A stretch of 64,000 bases of DNA from Chrysomallon squamiferum (taxonomy: Eukaryota > Animalia > Mollusca), in NCBI GenBank assembly GCA_012295275.1, contig CM022671.1, positions 15,872,001 to 15,936,000 on the forward strand, given 5' to 3'. Each line of letters starts with the position of its first letter. Positions within the stretch are counted from its first letter, which is position 1. The notes beneath the pieces were generated by a model. It was given only the letters and a program-made list of their open reading frames with translations. It was not told the DNA's origin and searched no databases. The position numbers were made by a program, and so were the translations under genes. Below, in pieces: positions 1 through 21,662 of the stretch.

Positions 1-196
1 CTAATTTTGAATAAAAGACTCCTTTTTCACTTTTTATTAAAGAAATGAAACGTCTTTACAAACTTGTTGTGAAGTCTGGACTTCAAAAATAATTTTTCAA
101 CTGATACGTATCAGAAACTTTAAAAACAATTAATTTGTTCAATGAATTAAAAAATAATAATGATGTTTGTTGCTCAATATCAAAATGTTTATATAC

Positions 197-2148
197 CTGA
201 TCATCATACAAGAAAGTTATTTTTGCTCGATAGAATCGACATTTTGCTTCACCAGTCTTCTTATCAGCTTCAGCTACAAGATGCTCAGTAAGCTGAATCT
301 GAAAATTATTTGTAAAATAAAAATGATGTCATGTAATAACCAAGTCAGTTTATGTGGCACATCAAAAACATTTAAAGTTTTGAATGAAGGAAACAATCTA
401 TGATTATTACTTTATAAATATTAGTATCTACAAATTTAAAGAGATTTTTAAAAAGAACAAGAAGAAAACAACAGTTCATTAAGAAGCGTATTTATTATAA
501 TGATATATTTACAAGTTAAAATGTAGATTATTATCTTTATATATATTTTTACTTTTATCTTTCTGGATATGTTTTCATTTAATCAACAGTATGGTATCAT
601 AATTCTGGTGGAATTTCCTTCAGATTACCAATTTTCTAAACTGTATTTTTTTTAGCAAACTCAAAGATAACCAAAATCATTTTATATAATTATTCATCTG
701 AAGAACATTCATATTTTTTTTTAAGGAACAAATCCCTGCTTTATTTTAAGTGCCAGTATTAAGGTTTAAAGACTATTAATAGTTACTCACAGCTTTTTTT
801 AAATATTCTGCATCTTCGTGATTGCTGTTAGTCTAAAGTAAAAAAAGTATAATGATAATAATAATAATAATAATAATAATCATATTAATAATAATAAATT
901 TATAAGTTTGTAACCATAAAATAAGGATTAAGATGTTTAATACATTGAACTTTTGGGCATTAAGAAATAAATAAAAAATAATTTTTTCTTACATATTTTA
1001 AGATGTTTTTGATTATTAACGGATACTTCACAAATCGTCCCCGAGCACCATCTGCAAAACACAAAAACAATTACAATTAATAATTTAATTTTCCAAAAAT
1101 CAAAAATTCTTACTGTTTCTAATGCAAATAAATCAAGTATTATTCAGTATCAGATCAAAATTAAAGTATTACGTTAGCAAAGATGATTAAATTTATCATT
1201 TTAAGTATTATCACTCACAAAAAGAACAAACGGTATCACTAAAATGGTTACCTAGTAGGCTCCAGAGGTCAAGTTTTCTGCTGAATGGAGATTCCTGACA
1301 GCGCTGAAGAAAGTCGTCAACAGCCGGGTCACATTTCTTCTCATCTAACAAAGCTTTTCCAAACACTTGATTAGCGCAAAACGATACGTAGTCCTTCAGT
1401 TTTGGGACCTTCAAAAGATTAACATAACTATCATTTCTTATAATTCAACTTTCATTTATAAATTTATATGGCTGTAAAACTTGAAATTATTTTCTAAAAA
1501 GATTGTATTGATTTTAATTATTTTTATAAATCCCTACGATTTTTAGCAGAAGTGATAAAAAAGAATTAAATAGAATAAAGATTAATAATAAAAATCCAAT
1601 TTTAACGCATTATTTCTGAAGATAAATAAAGTTATCATGATCAGTCAGAATTGGCTTCTTTGAAGGAAAACAACATACCCAGTTGAGGATTTGTTCTCCA
1701 ACACCCTCTGTGGTTCCGTCTGGCAGTCTTTGAAACTGTAGTTGTAAAACAATTTCTGAAATAGCAGAATTAAGTAGAATTAAAAGTATTCTTTCTTCAC
1801 AGACATGAACCTTGCACACTTCTAATCAAGGATTTGTTTTCTTAAATCAGCACTTTAGAATTTTAATTTACTTAAAAGAAGATACATAATTATAAGGTAT
1901 AAAATATCTGCATCAGTAGTTTTTGAATTCTAGATAAACTCATTCAGTTTAAAAATAAAGCAAGCTTACCTTCATGTACTGGTATCAGTGAACTTATGGG
2001 ACCAAAAATCTGTGCAAGCTCTCCTTCTGACATTAACTGAAGTTTTCTCATTGAACTGTGATATGTCTGTAAGTAAACAATTGTGTGATTGAACATTTCT
2101 AAACAACTGTACTGAATCTGTATTTTTTTTGTAGGAGTATGTTTTACA

Positions 2149-2191
<43 letters not shown>

Positions 2192-5100
2192 ACAAATGTA
2201 CATACCATTCAGTGAATTATTTATATATTAAATTAATAACAAAATCCTTGATGAATTTTCCATTACTATAAACATATAGATGTAGATTGTATTAACAATA
2301 AATCTAAATAATATGAGTATTTTACCCGTTCACATATATCACATTCAAGCTGAAAATTAAATAAAACCATAATATTCATTCTCTATCAACATTGTCATTG
2401 GCTGCTAACATGATTTAAACTAAGAATAATCAGGTTCTCTACAGAAAATCAGTTCAAATTGCAACTGCATAACAACATCATTCATCATTAACCAAAACAA
2501 TTGCCTTAAAGAATTTTAAAAACTTACATTTTCAACATTGTTTAGATCTTCAATGAGATCCAGTTCCCCTTGGTACAGTTCATAAATGGCCTTAAAATTA
2601 AATAAAAACAAAAACAATGATGAGCACAAATGTGTCAAGTTAATTAGATTTCTCATGTTCAAAATATATAATTCTGATGCTGGACAAATGTTTTGTCTAA
2701 TTCTTAGACTGCAGTGTAATCTGTTTCATTTTTAGTTTTTTAAGATACAATACTGGTGACAAACGTTTATAAAAAATATTACATTTCTGTAAAAACAAAC
2801 AAATAATAATTAAAAAAATTTAACAGTTAAAAAAAAGAACTTCATTTCAAATGCTAAATCAAGTACTCAATTTGGATAATTATATTTTTGTTTCTCATAC
2901 TTCTTGTCTCTTGAGGTCCTTATTACTGAGCTTGTGAAAAGTGCCATCCGTAGCCATCTTATCACTCCACGTACAGGACAGTCTCCGCTTTGCTGGAGAA
3001 GGTGATGGAGCTTTGTATGGGGACAGGTTCTGCCGAGAACACACAGCACTGGGCATTTTGAAACCTGTTTGCTGAAATTATAAACAATATATCAGATTAA
3101 ATTAAACAAAAACAAAAATAATTAAAAAATAATATTATATTGAACTCCATTATGTGAAATCTATGATAATTTTCACTTTATCTAATTTTCACTTTTTGTG
3201 TTTAATAATTTTATTTTTTTTAAAAGTCAGTTTATGACAAAAGCAAAGATCCAAAAGTGTTTATGACAAATATTTTCAGCATCAGTGAATAGAAGAGGAA
3301 AGCGAATAAGCTGACATCAATGTATCTTATTTATGGGAAGTCAGTTGATTCAGCCGCACAGATATTTAAGGGTGATTAACATAATAACACATTACTAACC
3401 TTAGAAGTACTATTTGGTGACAGCAGATTGATAAGTGACGAAACTCGAAGAAGTGATTTCCTTGACTTTTTCTGAAACAAAATACATACATAAATAACAA
3501 CACACACATTTCATACTTTGAACAAAGACTTATTTTACTCCACCACTCATTTTGGGATATTAATTCTATTTTAAAAAGGTTAATTCTAACCTAATCCATT
3601 TTTCAAAATAGAAGACCAAGCAAATGATAAGAACTGTATAATAATTTTCAGGAATAAAAACAATACTTTCAACAAATGTATTTTAAAATCTACTTATATA
3701 TATTTAACCACAAATATATTTAACTGGATACATACATGTAAGTGTATGTGACTAAAAAAACTAAACACTATATTAAAATAAAATAAATTTAAGAACAATT
3801 TTATAAATGAAATTTTACCTTTGCTGCTACGTTGTCCAGACTCTGAATACTTCCAACACTAACATCATCACCATCACCTTTTATTCTTTTTCTTTTCCGC
3901 TAAAACAATTAATAGGACATATCAAACTGGAGAAAATAATTTAAATCAAGGATTCCATAACTTGTGAAGTGATAATATTTAACCATAAGTCAAAAAACTG
4001 AACTGACAGTTTTTAAGTACCCATGAGAAAAATGCATTTTCCTGCATAACATGTATACATGTTGTCACAAGAAATAACTTTTCTGAGTTTCTCTATTTGA
4101 TTTCCATGTTCCAGTATAATTTAGGGTAATTAATAAAAAAAAATTAAACCAAAAAAACATGTTTGCACAGACACATATACAAACAAAACAAATGCACAAA
4201 CATCCAGATATTCAGACAACTACTAGCAAACATTTAATATTAATAACACAATTTACAATATACTTACAAACATGGGTAATTCAAAAACTGCTGATATTGA
4301 ATTTCTTCTAGAATTTTTTGCCTTAATCATTTCAGGAACTCTATAAAGAGATAAATAAAATAAATAATAATTAAGTCAAATGTGTGCAATTTAGATAATG
4401 GATGAAAATGTTCCTGCCAACATTTGCAAACTGTATTACTGAAAACAAAAGTTCAATAAAATTAAAATGCACAAGCTATTTGGTAAAGTCAGAATGTTGT
4501 TTTTATTTTTTAAATATGTGGAATTAAACTTCCTGTTTAATTCTGTGTTAATATATATATATACTTATATATGACAGAAAAAGCTGTATTTCATGCACTA
4601 CTTAAACTTAGATATACATTTCTTAATAACTATTATTACTTAAATTTTTCAGTTTATTTAAGAGGGGGTTTATATAATAATTTTAAAAAATCAATTCAGC
4701 TGAATATAACTGACAAATTAACATAAATTTCATCATTAAAAATATTTTGGAACAAATATCTATATCTAATTTTTAAAACTGTATTATAAAATTTACATTT
4801 TCAAAATGCTGCCAATAATCTTTAAGATTTTAAATCTGTTTTATTACTTCGTTAATCAAGAAATGTGATTTTTATCAGATATAACTTTGTGTATAATTCG
4901 TCAAAAATTTTAAAAAAAGAAAGAAAAAAGGAATACCATAATAATAAAAGTTCAGATGTATATAAACTAATTTTTTATTAGTATTAAAAACAAATGTTTG
5001 ATAATAGTCAGAAATCAAAAAATATATTATGTTTTTATTAATTATGCAGCAGATTTATGTAGAATATAATATTAGAACTGAAAGTTTTAGCAGTATTCAG

Positions 5101-5584
5101 ATTTTTTGCAAAATAAAAATGTGGCAACATTGAATATGTAAGTTTACAATAAAATTAAAATAATATACAATTAAGATATAATAGCAAATAATAAACACAG
5201 ATTGTGTAGGCATGACGCTTGTATAAATTTATTTTAAATGTAAACTTTATTTTAAAATGAAAGGTGAATATCGGATTATGTCCCTATGTAACGTATGTTC
5301 AACAAAATAAAAATTAAACGATTCTTTTAATTTTACCGGATTTAATTTGCCTAATCATATATATTTTACAAGTTTAGATGTTTTAAATGCAGTTTAGTGT
5401 GGTTCAGTATTTTTCATTCATTATAAAATCACATCAATTTAACATATTTTTTTTATGTTTATCTGACAAGACAAATATTCGGTACAGCCTAGCGGCTAGA
5501 CTTCACTTCAGTTTCGAGATAACAAAAAATAAATAAATAAGAAAATTAACGATTAACTTACCTAAATGTATTTTCATCCCCCAT
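197..5584 (-). CDS. NET1/ARHGEF3: NET1/ARHGEF3-like Rho guanine nucleotide exchange factor (N-terminus and DH domain; continues past window start)
   Basis: Coding exons in transcript order: 5584-5562, 4340-4268, 3899-3819, 3471-3400, 3071-2901, 2590-2528, 2066-1970, 1755-1679, 1408-1252, 1051-993, 832-791, 298-197. All are GT-AG with matching phases (1017 nt, 339 aa). The translation carries NET1/ARHGEF3 hallmarks: LLRVSSLINLLSP, SPAKRRLSCTWSD, KRQEAIYELYQGELDLIEDL, LMSEGELAQIFG, PDGTTEGVGEQILNW, DFLQRCQESPFSRKLDLWSLLD, VKYPL, KKTGEAKC. NET1 vs ARHGEF3 cannot be resolved; it is probably the pro-orthologue of both. Confidence 0.93.
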
Positions 5585-5708
5585 AATGATGTTCTCGTGC
5601 TGAAAAATAAAAATATCCTTCACTAGTTTTGAATAAAGATGCTAAAACTCCTTCTGATGAATGAATACACACATTCGAATTCACAACATTCCTTCTTTTT
5701 TCCCTTTG

Positions 5709-5767
5709 AAATATGGCGGCTAATCTCATCCAGAAGCTTTTAGCCAATCATACGTGTCATCGGAAGT
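5709..5767 (-). promoter_or_regulatory. Probable promoter of the RhoGEF gene (YY1, CCAAT/NF-Y and ETS motifs)
   Basis: AAATATGGCGGC (YY1-type, 5709-5720), AGCCAATCA (5742-5750) and CGGAAGT (5761-5767) cluster 125-185 bp upstream of the ATG at 5584, where CpG density rises. Confidence 0.6.
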
Positions 5768-8361
5768 TGTTTCCCTTAGATCTTGTGTTCGAGTACGTAA
5801 ATACTATAAAAATTTTTTAAAAAACCATTCACATTTAAATTGGTAATATGTTAACTTCCTGGTTTTAAATAATAAATTAAACCTGCTAAACTTCTTACTT
5901 TTATATTCGTATTAAAGGAACTTGTATATATCTTTTTATTTACGCTTTCATCATGAAACGGGTTTGTTTTGTATTGTTGTTACTGTTTTTACTTTTTTTT
6001 TTTTTTTCATTTGATATATTTATATAATTATTGGTGTCATAGTTGTTGTTGTTGTCGTTGTCGTTGTTTTTCTTGTAAATTAGGATATAACGAATAGGTA
6101 GACAGACAGACCTACTTATATTTTTGCAATAGTGGAACAACACTGAAAAAACCCTGCTGGAGAAAAGACATAGATTCTCATACAAAAAGAAAATAATGTA
6201 CTTGTTATTCCAACCCTCTTCGGTCTTTATTTTTTTTTTTATCATTTCATCATAGTACATAAACAGTGTCAAGTCGAGATTTGCTGAAAGTTATGTTTTG
6301 CTAAACAACGTCTTTGGGTGTCTCCAAGATCACAAAATATGACAGTTTTAGAACTGACATGTTGTTTCTAGGATTGTCTGATATTTGTTCAGATGTCAGA
6401 ATGAGTGACTGATAGCTAGAAATGGAAAAACATTTATTTTGAGCCTCACATATAATAACTGCCATTCCATCGTTCACTCACATTTTTGCCAATCTATCTC
6501 CAGTTGCAGGCATTTCCCGAAGTAGTACATACATCACTGAGAACAAACAACAACAGCAGCAACAACAACAACAAGATTAAAATGTTATACTTATCTATCT
6601 ATATACATACATACATAATTATCTCTCTCTCACACACACATACACACACACGCACACCGACACACACACACACACACACTTTATTTTTATCTCGATTTCA
6701 TCCGCCATTCTGGATCCGACTTGAGATACGTTGTTGAAAATATATTTGACTCTAATTTGTTAATCTATACATCGTTCATCTTTTCATTAAATATAACTAG
6801 CTTTTGACATCCAAATGAAGTTAATTTTATTATGAATATCGGGATCGTTGGCACACGTTAAGTTCGGTGCAGTTAATTTAAAACTGCGCTGTAACACATT
6901 TCGACACGTAAGTGAACACTCACACGAATAGGCTTCCAGAGCGTGGTCTTTGCTGACGTCTCATAAAACTAAATTTTATTCTCGTGGGAGTTTCTGTTTT
7001 TGTTTCTTCGTTATAGTGCTACCGTATTTGTTTATTGTTGTATTTATCTATCTTTTTTAACAAAATCCGAAACACCAATTTTTATTATTCTCCGTGACAC
7101 TTCGTTTTTATCGTTGTTTTGGATTAGCATTCAGCTCAGACAGTTACTGTTAATACATCCGGATTATGTCTTGGTTTTTCAGCAATCAGTTCGTGACTTG
7201 AGGCAGTTTGTTTTGTGTTGATATAAAGAATTACAGAAGATTATCGTTGCTGCGTGTAATCGAAACCCAATGGAAACAATCTTCTAAACACTTTTGTTTT
7301 ATTATTCATTATTATTATTCATGCGTGCGCGCACCAGTATAGATGCGTTCGTTTTTCTTTTCTTATTTTTGTGACTCAAAATTTCAAAATTATGCTGTAA
7401 TCAATGTAAAGACTGATTCCAAAATATTTACTTTTATTCGAAACATGGGTTTGTTTTCTTACTAATTCAGTATATACATGCATGCTGGTAAAGGAGAAAC
7501 TGAAACTGTATCTTTACCGCCCATTCATTTCTGAATTCTTGTATCTGCCCTGTGCGTATGTGAGTGTGTGCGAGCGGGTATTTGTAAAACATGACAGAAA
7601 GTGCAATATAAAATAAGTCATATAAAAACGAGTAATAAATTGTTTAATAATGAATTAAAAAAAGAAGAAGAAGAAGAATAAATCAAGGTCAAAGCTATAT
7701 ATTTTATTTCAAAAAAAGAGAAAAAATTTCTCAGTTGACACAGAAAAATAATTACATCAAAGGGTAACATAACAAATACTTGTGTTTACAAACCAAATGA
7801 AAAAAAGTAAAATATAAAGTAAAAGTTAAAAAAATACTAAAGAATAAAAGAATGAACAAAACGTTTCCGCAAAGATGAGTAATTAAACGAGTATAAATTA
7901 TTATCATCATCGACTTCTTTATCGTCATAAACCGGACTTAATCGATTTAAAAAAAATAAGACGGTACCCATTAAGTTCTTAGGAAGACTGATTTACAGTT
8001 TACTTTTTTAAATTGGGTTGTTGTTGTTGTTATTTCGATGAAGGTGTATTCTAAAAGATACATATGGTACAAATTCTGTTTTCTAAATTGTAATGAGCAA
8101 TCAGCTTCCTTGTTTCTGATTAGTGTCATTCAAACGAACATTCCTTTGTATTCTCAATCAATCTCTGTTTCAAATTTACTAAGAAAATACACCCGCCAAA
8201 GATGCATCAATATTTTTTATTCAGATGCTAATTTTCTTATACACTAAATCAGCATGAATAAATGTCCAAATTCAAACAATTATCCACAGTATCCAGGTGC
8301 ATATAATTAACCTTCAAAAAGGTGTAATTATTTCATTGTTTAGTCTAAGCCTTTCTCTACC

Positions 8362-8487
8362 GAGGTCCTAATTATCTGATAGCTTCTTTAATTGATCTGA
8401 ATGTAAAATCGTGAGCTGATGAATAGATAGCTAATTACTATATGTCGTTCTTTTATTTACGTCCGAAACAGACAGATTTAGGACCTC
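8362..8487. mobile_element. Possible degenerate MITE (short terminal inverted repeats)
   Basis: GAGGTCCTAA (8362-8371) and TTAGGACCTC (8478-8487) are exact reverse complements, with imperfect inward extension (TTATCTG / CAGAT). The target-site duplication is not clean. Confidence 0.3.
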
Positions 8488-8840
8488 TAAAAATGTAAAT
8501 AATTGTATGAATACATGACTATGACACTATCCAACTGTGCACGATTCAAAAACTGAATAAGCTTTTTTTATTTTTATCCATCGTGTTATTATTTATTTTA
8601 ATTGTCAATCACCAGTTAAATATTCAGCAAATAGGGTGCTTAGCCTGAAATTCAGTTTTATATAATCAATGAATTCATGAATTTTTTTTTTTTTATCATA
8701 ATTTAGTATAATATTAACAATATTCTGCGGAGAAATATCTCCGAGTCGTCTTTCTGTAATTTCCTCTAAATAATTTAAATAACTGTATGAATACATGACT
8801 ATGACAATATCCAACTGTACACGGTTCAAAAACTGAATAA
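8484..8840. repeat. Dispersed direct repeat, ~77 bp x2
   Basis: 8484-8560 and 8763-8840 share CCTCTAAA...TGTATGAATACATGACTATGACA.TATCCAACTGT.CACG.TTCAAAAACTGAATAA. Confidence 0.85.
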
Positions 8841-9537
8841 CATTTAGAATAATTCTTGAAATCGGTCTGGGTTTCTTGTACAGTTAAAAACCCTACCAAA
8901 TAATAAACTATATTTATTACTTTTACTGAGTAAAATGCTGACCCAGTTGCAATAACTAAAGACCATTTCCCCCGTATAGTTGGTCTGTTGTCATAATTAC
9001 GTATTTATATAAATAAATAATATGCTAGTGCAATGGATTATTTTCCCTTCTTGTAAAGACAGAAATGATATATACATCAGGTAGGCCTTAAATGCATAAA
9101 CAAACAGAAAGAAATGTTAAGTTAAAAATGAAATCCAATCTGTTGCCAAACGTACTGGAATTTAATCCACGTAGGCTGTGTATTATAACCCTGTATACCT
9201 TATGGTTTGCAAAATATTAAACATGTAACATCACGTTAATTAAAAATGCATTAAAAGCAAATTATACACGTAGTTGTGATATTTATCTCACATTTTGTTA
9301 TCTTTCAGCTTCAAGCTAAATTCCTTATAAAACATAAGCGACCCTCCTGCCCCCCTCCCCCCCTATTTATCGCCCGTTTACTGTTTAAACACCAATTGTC
9401 TTTATTTAAATGCTTCTTTTTTTCTTTCTTTCTTTTTTTCTTTTTGTCAAGCACGGTCAACAGCAAGCAGAATGAAAGTCTCCAACTTGGTATACAGCTG
9501 TTAAGTAATCTGAGGAAATCAGTCGTAAAATAAGAAC

Positions 9538-16677
<7,140 letters not shown>

Positions 16678-17670
16678 TGTGTGATGTGATTCTTTTGCAC
16701 ATGCTCTCTGTGTTTTATTGACCGACTCAGTGACTCACTACGTCTCCTGGCTTCTTGTTTCAACCTCCGGTCCATTTGCCGATGTATTATCTCGTGATCA
16801 TCGCACAAAAAATAAAACACGCAGGCTATCTCAGGCTACGGGATACATAATTCCGGAAATAAGCGAAAGCAGACTGAACAAAAAGGCCCGCGAAACAAAA
16901 GCAGGACGAAAGGAACATTACGTTAACAATATTAGTTAATAACACGTATAGAACTGAAGGCAGATGTATTAGGAAAACGTGCATTCTTATTTATTTTGTA
17001 TAAGAAAATAACGAAGTTCCTTACAGTTTTTATTAAAATATCATACCTTCATCAAACGATATTTTATTTGTTTGATCTGGTTATTTTAAACATACAATAA
17101 TATCACCTATTATTTTATGTCTTTATATCGGTATATAACAATACAGAGTCAGTTATAGTTCTCTAGCCTGCAAAGCAAGAAAGGCAGAATATTATATTAA
17201 TTCTTAATAAAATGTGATAATAAATTACGTAGTTTGTGTAGGATGCAAGTGGACTAAAGTCATATATATATATTTGTTGTTGTTATTATTTTAATTTTTA
17301 ATTTTTTTTTATTTGATGTCTTTTCGTAAACAAAAGTTGGAGTAAAAATCGGTGTCCTGAGAATATGTTCAAACAGTTTACTTTTATTATTTATTTATGT
17401 TTATGTTTGTTTTGTGGGGTTTTTCTTTCTTTCTTTCTGTACATCAATATACAAAACGAAGTCACAACAAAAGTGGAAATGTGCATACTCATAATCTTAT
17501 CGTTTTTATATTCAAAGTTTCTTATTAGCAACACTTGTCGTAATACAAACAAATAAAACATTAACTTGAAAGTAAGCAAATATAATGTCTTTTTAAGCGC
17601 TGTTTAAATACCTAATTGGAGTTGTTTAAATTTAAATATTATCGGAAGAATACATTTTCTAATTGTGACC

Positions 17671-17674
<4 letters not shown>

Positions 17675-17750
<76 letters not shown>
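17675..17750. repeat. (GA)n microsatellite
   Basis: About 38 perfect GA units, intergenic. Confidence 0.95.
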
Positions 17751-17753
<3 letters not shown>

Positions 17754-19828
17754 TCGGTTGTAGGCATGTCTTAGGTATATATGAACGGTTCTGTCCGATT
17801 TCTAATTATAACATCTTAACCGTCCTGCTGTTTTATATATATATATTATCAAATAGTTATCAAGGCGTAACGTTACAAAAATAACGACGGAAAAACCCGA
17901 AGTGGAAACCGATCAAACGCGAACTTGCACGATCCCCATCAAAGACTATTACAGATTATTAGACAAGACTGTAGAGGTAAATGCTTCACGTGATGTTTTG
18001 CTATAAGACTACATTTTTATTTTTTTATTAATTGTTTCTAATTTTTCTTTCATTTTTAAAATTTTTAAAATTTAATTTTTTTTTTCGTTTTTTATTTTTG
18101 TTGGTGTAACTTAAAACGACCTGATTTATAATAATGGTTGGTTTGGTTCCTTAAATGATATTTGTGAAGTTAAAATCTATAATTATTACAAATAGTTTAA
18201 ATATGCTTACTGGGAAGAAAGTAGGTTGGTTTGCAACACAGCGACAAAAAACGCAGGTCACAGTCAGACAACGCAATGAATAAAAAAAAAAATATATATA
18301 TATATATTTCAATAAAATCGTTCGTATCAGTATTTTCTCGATGTCTGAAGGTACCAATACATTTTTTATTTACAATGAGCTTCTATTAATTCTTAAAATA
18401 AATAAATAAATAAATAAATAATAATAAATTAAATAAATTAATTAATTAAAATATAAACAACGTAATCAGCATTTTTTTTTTTTTCACTGTTCTGCTTTAT
18501 GACCGCCATTATAATTATTACGAAAAACGTTTCAACTGTATTTTACAACTGTCATCTTTTGAAGTACCCATCTCCCATCTCGCCCAACTGCAAAGGGCGC
18601 AATAAGTTCCTAGTCTTGATCTATATTTGTTTCTAGGAAGTCGGGTGATAGTCCCAAAAAATTTAATGCAATTGAATTGTCGAGTAGAGAGAATCCAAAT
18701 GACCACAGAAAACCAGTTAATAGTTATTTTCTAGCAGTAAATGGAATATTTCCCTAAAATATGCTCAACATAAGATTTATTTGTCGTGAAAGTTCATCCA
18801 AATTTTTTTTGTCACATTTTCAAATCCTTTTCATATGAAAAAAAAAAAAAAAAGTTTTCTTTAAAAAGCCAATTATCAGTTAACTGTTAATTATGGATTT
18901 GTTTATTGTGACAGTTCCATTCTTGGAACCAAAAGTGAAAAGTAATGTATAGTCACACAATCCAAAATTAACAAGAAAAATCATGGAATACTAAAATAAA
19001 TTAAAAGCTAAGAAGGTAAAGATATAAATTTTACCAAATCAGAATAATAATTTGTTGTTGTTCTTTTAATTATTAGAAGGCTGAATTGTCTGCCTTTTTT
19101 AATAGTTTACAAATCAGAAAGCAATTTAAGATAAAAAAAATTTAAACAAATAAAACATTAATCCCACTAAAATCATGAATATGTTCTTCAGAATCATCAT
19201 CATCGTAGTTTCATCATTGTTACCGTTTCTTATTTCTTATGTGTAATATTTATATTAAAAGTTATATTTTCAAACCCTTGCTGAGTGAGGGATTTTATTG
19301 CTGATAAAACTAAAATATGTAAGATCTGACTGCTATACAAACTAAGAAATAATGAAAATTGTATCTACAACTAATGCTTTTTCCTCACACTGTTATTTAT
19401 GTTTTCTACAGCTTGCACTGTATTTTATTAAAACAGGATGCAGCATGGGATATTTACTGAACTTAGAGAAATCTGCCATGGAGCCTGAGTCAGATTAAGC
19501 AGGTTAATTTCATAATCTTCAGTTTTTCGAAAATATCAGTGATTAGACCCTGTCATTAAATTGTCACTACTGATGTATACATACACACAAACATATAACT
19601 TTGTCAAAAGAATGAGAAAGGCATGGATCCAAATTAATGTTGTTCTAGTGGTCGTAGTAGTAGTAGTAATATTACTATTATTTATTCTTGTTTTGTTTTT
19701 CATTATTTAAAAACAAAATTTAACTTAAAATATGAATACAGAACATTTTCTGACTTGCAAACATCTTTTACCAACTTAAAAAAAAAAAAAAGAAAATGAC
19801 ACAAAGAAGAAATTATTCAATGAGATTC

Positions 19829-19834
19829 TTTATT
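19829..19834 (-). terminator. Candidate VGLL4 polyadenylation signal (implies ~2.9-kb 3' UTR)
   Basis: AATAAA on the minus strand, followed ~20-35 nt downstream by a U/GU-rich element (TTCTTCTTTGTGTCATTTTC). Other AATAAA hexamers exist in the UTR, so this choice is inferred. Confidence 0.45.
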
Positions 19835-21662
19835 GAGCAAAATAGAAACACTGTACAACACAGTCTGAAATAGTGTACATTTATAACCAGACATATTTTT
19901 ATTTACTTTAAAAAATATATACATTTATTTAGTTTTAGTTCTGTTGTATTATAATGTGATTCCTACCAGAGAATGTAATAAAAGATAAGATGATTTGAAT
20001 TGTATCTTTCGTTGTCAGCATAGCAAACACTTTTCCTTCTTTACTTTTAATAGCTGTAAGAAAGAAAAATAAAAGAATTGGTCAAAAATTATAGTTGTGT
20101 GTATAGTTAGCATCAAAAGTAATATTTTTGGTTGGTATGTCTGTATTATTGTTATCTTCATATCTGCATTACAGAAGTTTATACCATGTCTGATTATTCA
20201 CATTTTAATCACATTTTAGTCACTTATCAAAATATCAAAATACCTGCATTTACAGAATGTTTGTTTCATGTCTCAATATCAGTAATACTCTCACTGTAAT
20301 GTGGTTTCTGTTTTCAAGTCTTACCATTAGTCAGAATCTCAACTGTACAAATATTAATAACAAAATACATTATCATATAAATAGGTGAGCAATAACACTC
20401 TCTTTCTGCTAACTTTAAATGTTCTGAATGTGTTTAAGGTGATTTTCAAAGCCTTTAACAGTAAAGAAGAATGTGTTTGAACATCAACATTCCTAATTTT
20501 TCTCATTTTTATATACATGTGTATAATGAAATATTTACATAACTGATGCAGAAGATGTTTTGAATATTACTTTTCATGATTTGTTCAGACAAATACAAAA
20601 ATGAAATAAAGCTTTAATTGCTGATTTATGAGCTATATCTTATTTTTAAATAAACAAATAGTAATTTTTTTACAGACAAATATTTTTATTACTGGTTTTT
20701 AACCACTGAGAAGTCAGTTCTTAATCTGTGTGCTTTAAACAAAGATGGCTGACTCACTGTGTTGGACCAAATATAGGTCTACCCAATACTGTTTATTTAT
20801 AATGATATTTTTATGTATCTAAAAAAAAAAAAAAACCCGTTGAATATTATATCCAATTTAAATAGGAATTCTAGAATTTAAGATTAAAAATGAATTACTG
20901 TTTTAGTTTAATTATGCCATCAGAATTTAAATTTTGTCAGCCTCAAAACCCAACAAATGAAAATGACATGATTTAAAAGATAAAATGTTTTGTTTTTATA
21001 ACATGATGAATGACATTAAATCAAAGCCATTATGATGGTTTCCTGCCCAGATTTGCAATATGTACATCACTTAATGTGTAATACAAGAAAGGAAATTATT
21101 TGTCATGGTGCTCATGTTCTCAGTACAAAACAGTAAACAAAATATGAAGTTCTTACAGAACAGTGACAGTTCCTGAATCTTATGACATTTTAAATTTAAA
21201 TTATTTCTAATATACCTATCTAGTAAGACTGTACCAGCAATATGGTAAAACAAGAAAATTGTAATTATATTATAATTATTATTATTACTATTTTAACATA
21301 ATATTTTTGGTTTACTAAAACAAATAAGATTTTACACATACTATCATTTAATTAAAAATTGAATAATTTTGATGATGGATTGACTCCCTTTTTTTTTTTG
21401 TGGCTAAATACAAACTCAACATTGTATCTCAAGTGAATTTGTCAGTTCTTACTTCAATGAGAACAGAAATATCAAAATCTATATACAGTTAAACTGGAAA
21501 TTACAACAGCATTTGATAAGTCATAAATTAAAGCATACTTTTATTGACTTTGTTAATGTACAATACCTAACAACAATGAACTCGACAGAACTGTGACAAA
21601 CATAAATATATTTACACCAAAGATAAATAATCCACGAGGATGGAAATGAACAAATGACACGG

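Noticed and set aside
6700-7260. CpG-rich segment as a divergent gene or ncRNA opposite the RhoGEF promoter
   Set aside because: No convincing ORF, splice pattern or RNA-gene signature (tRNA, snRNA) visible.
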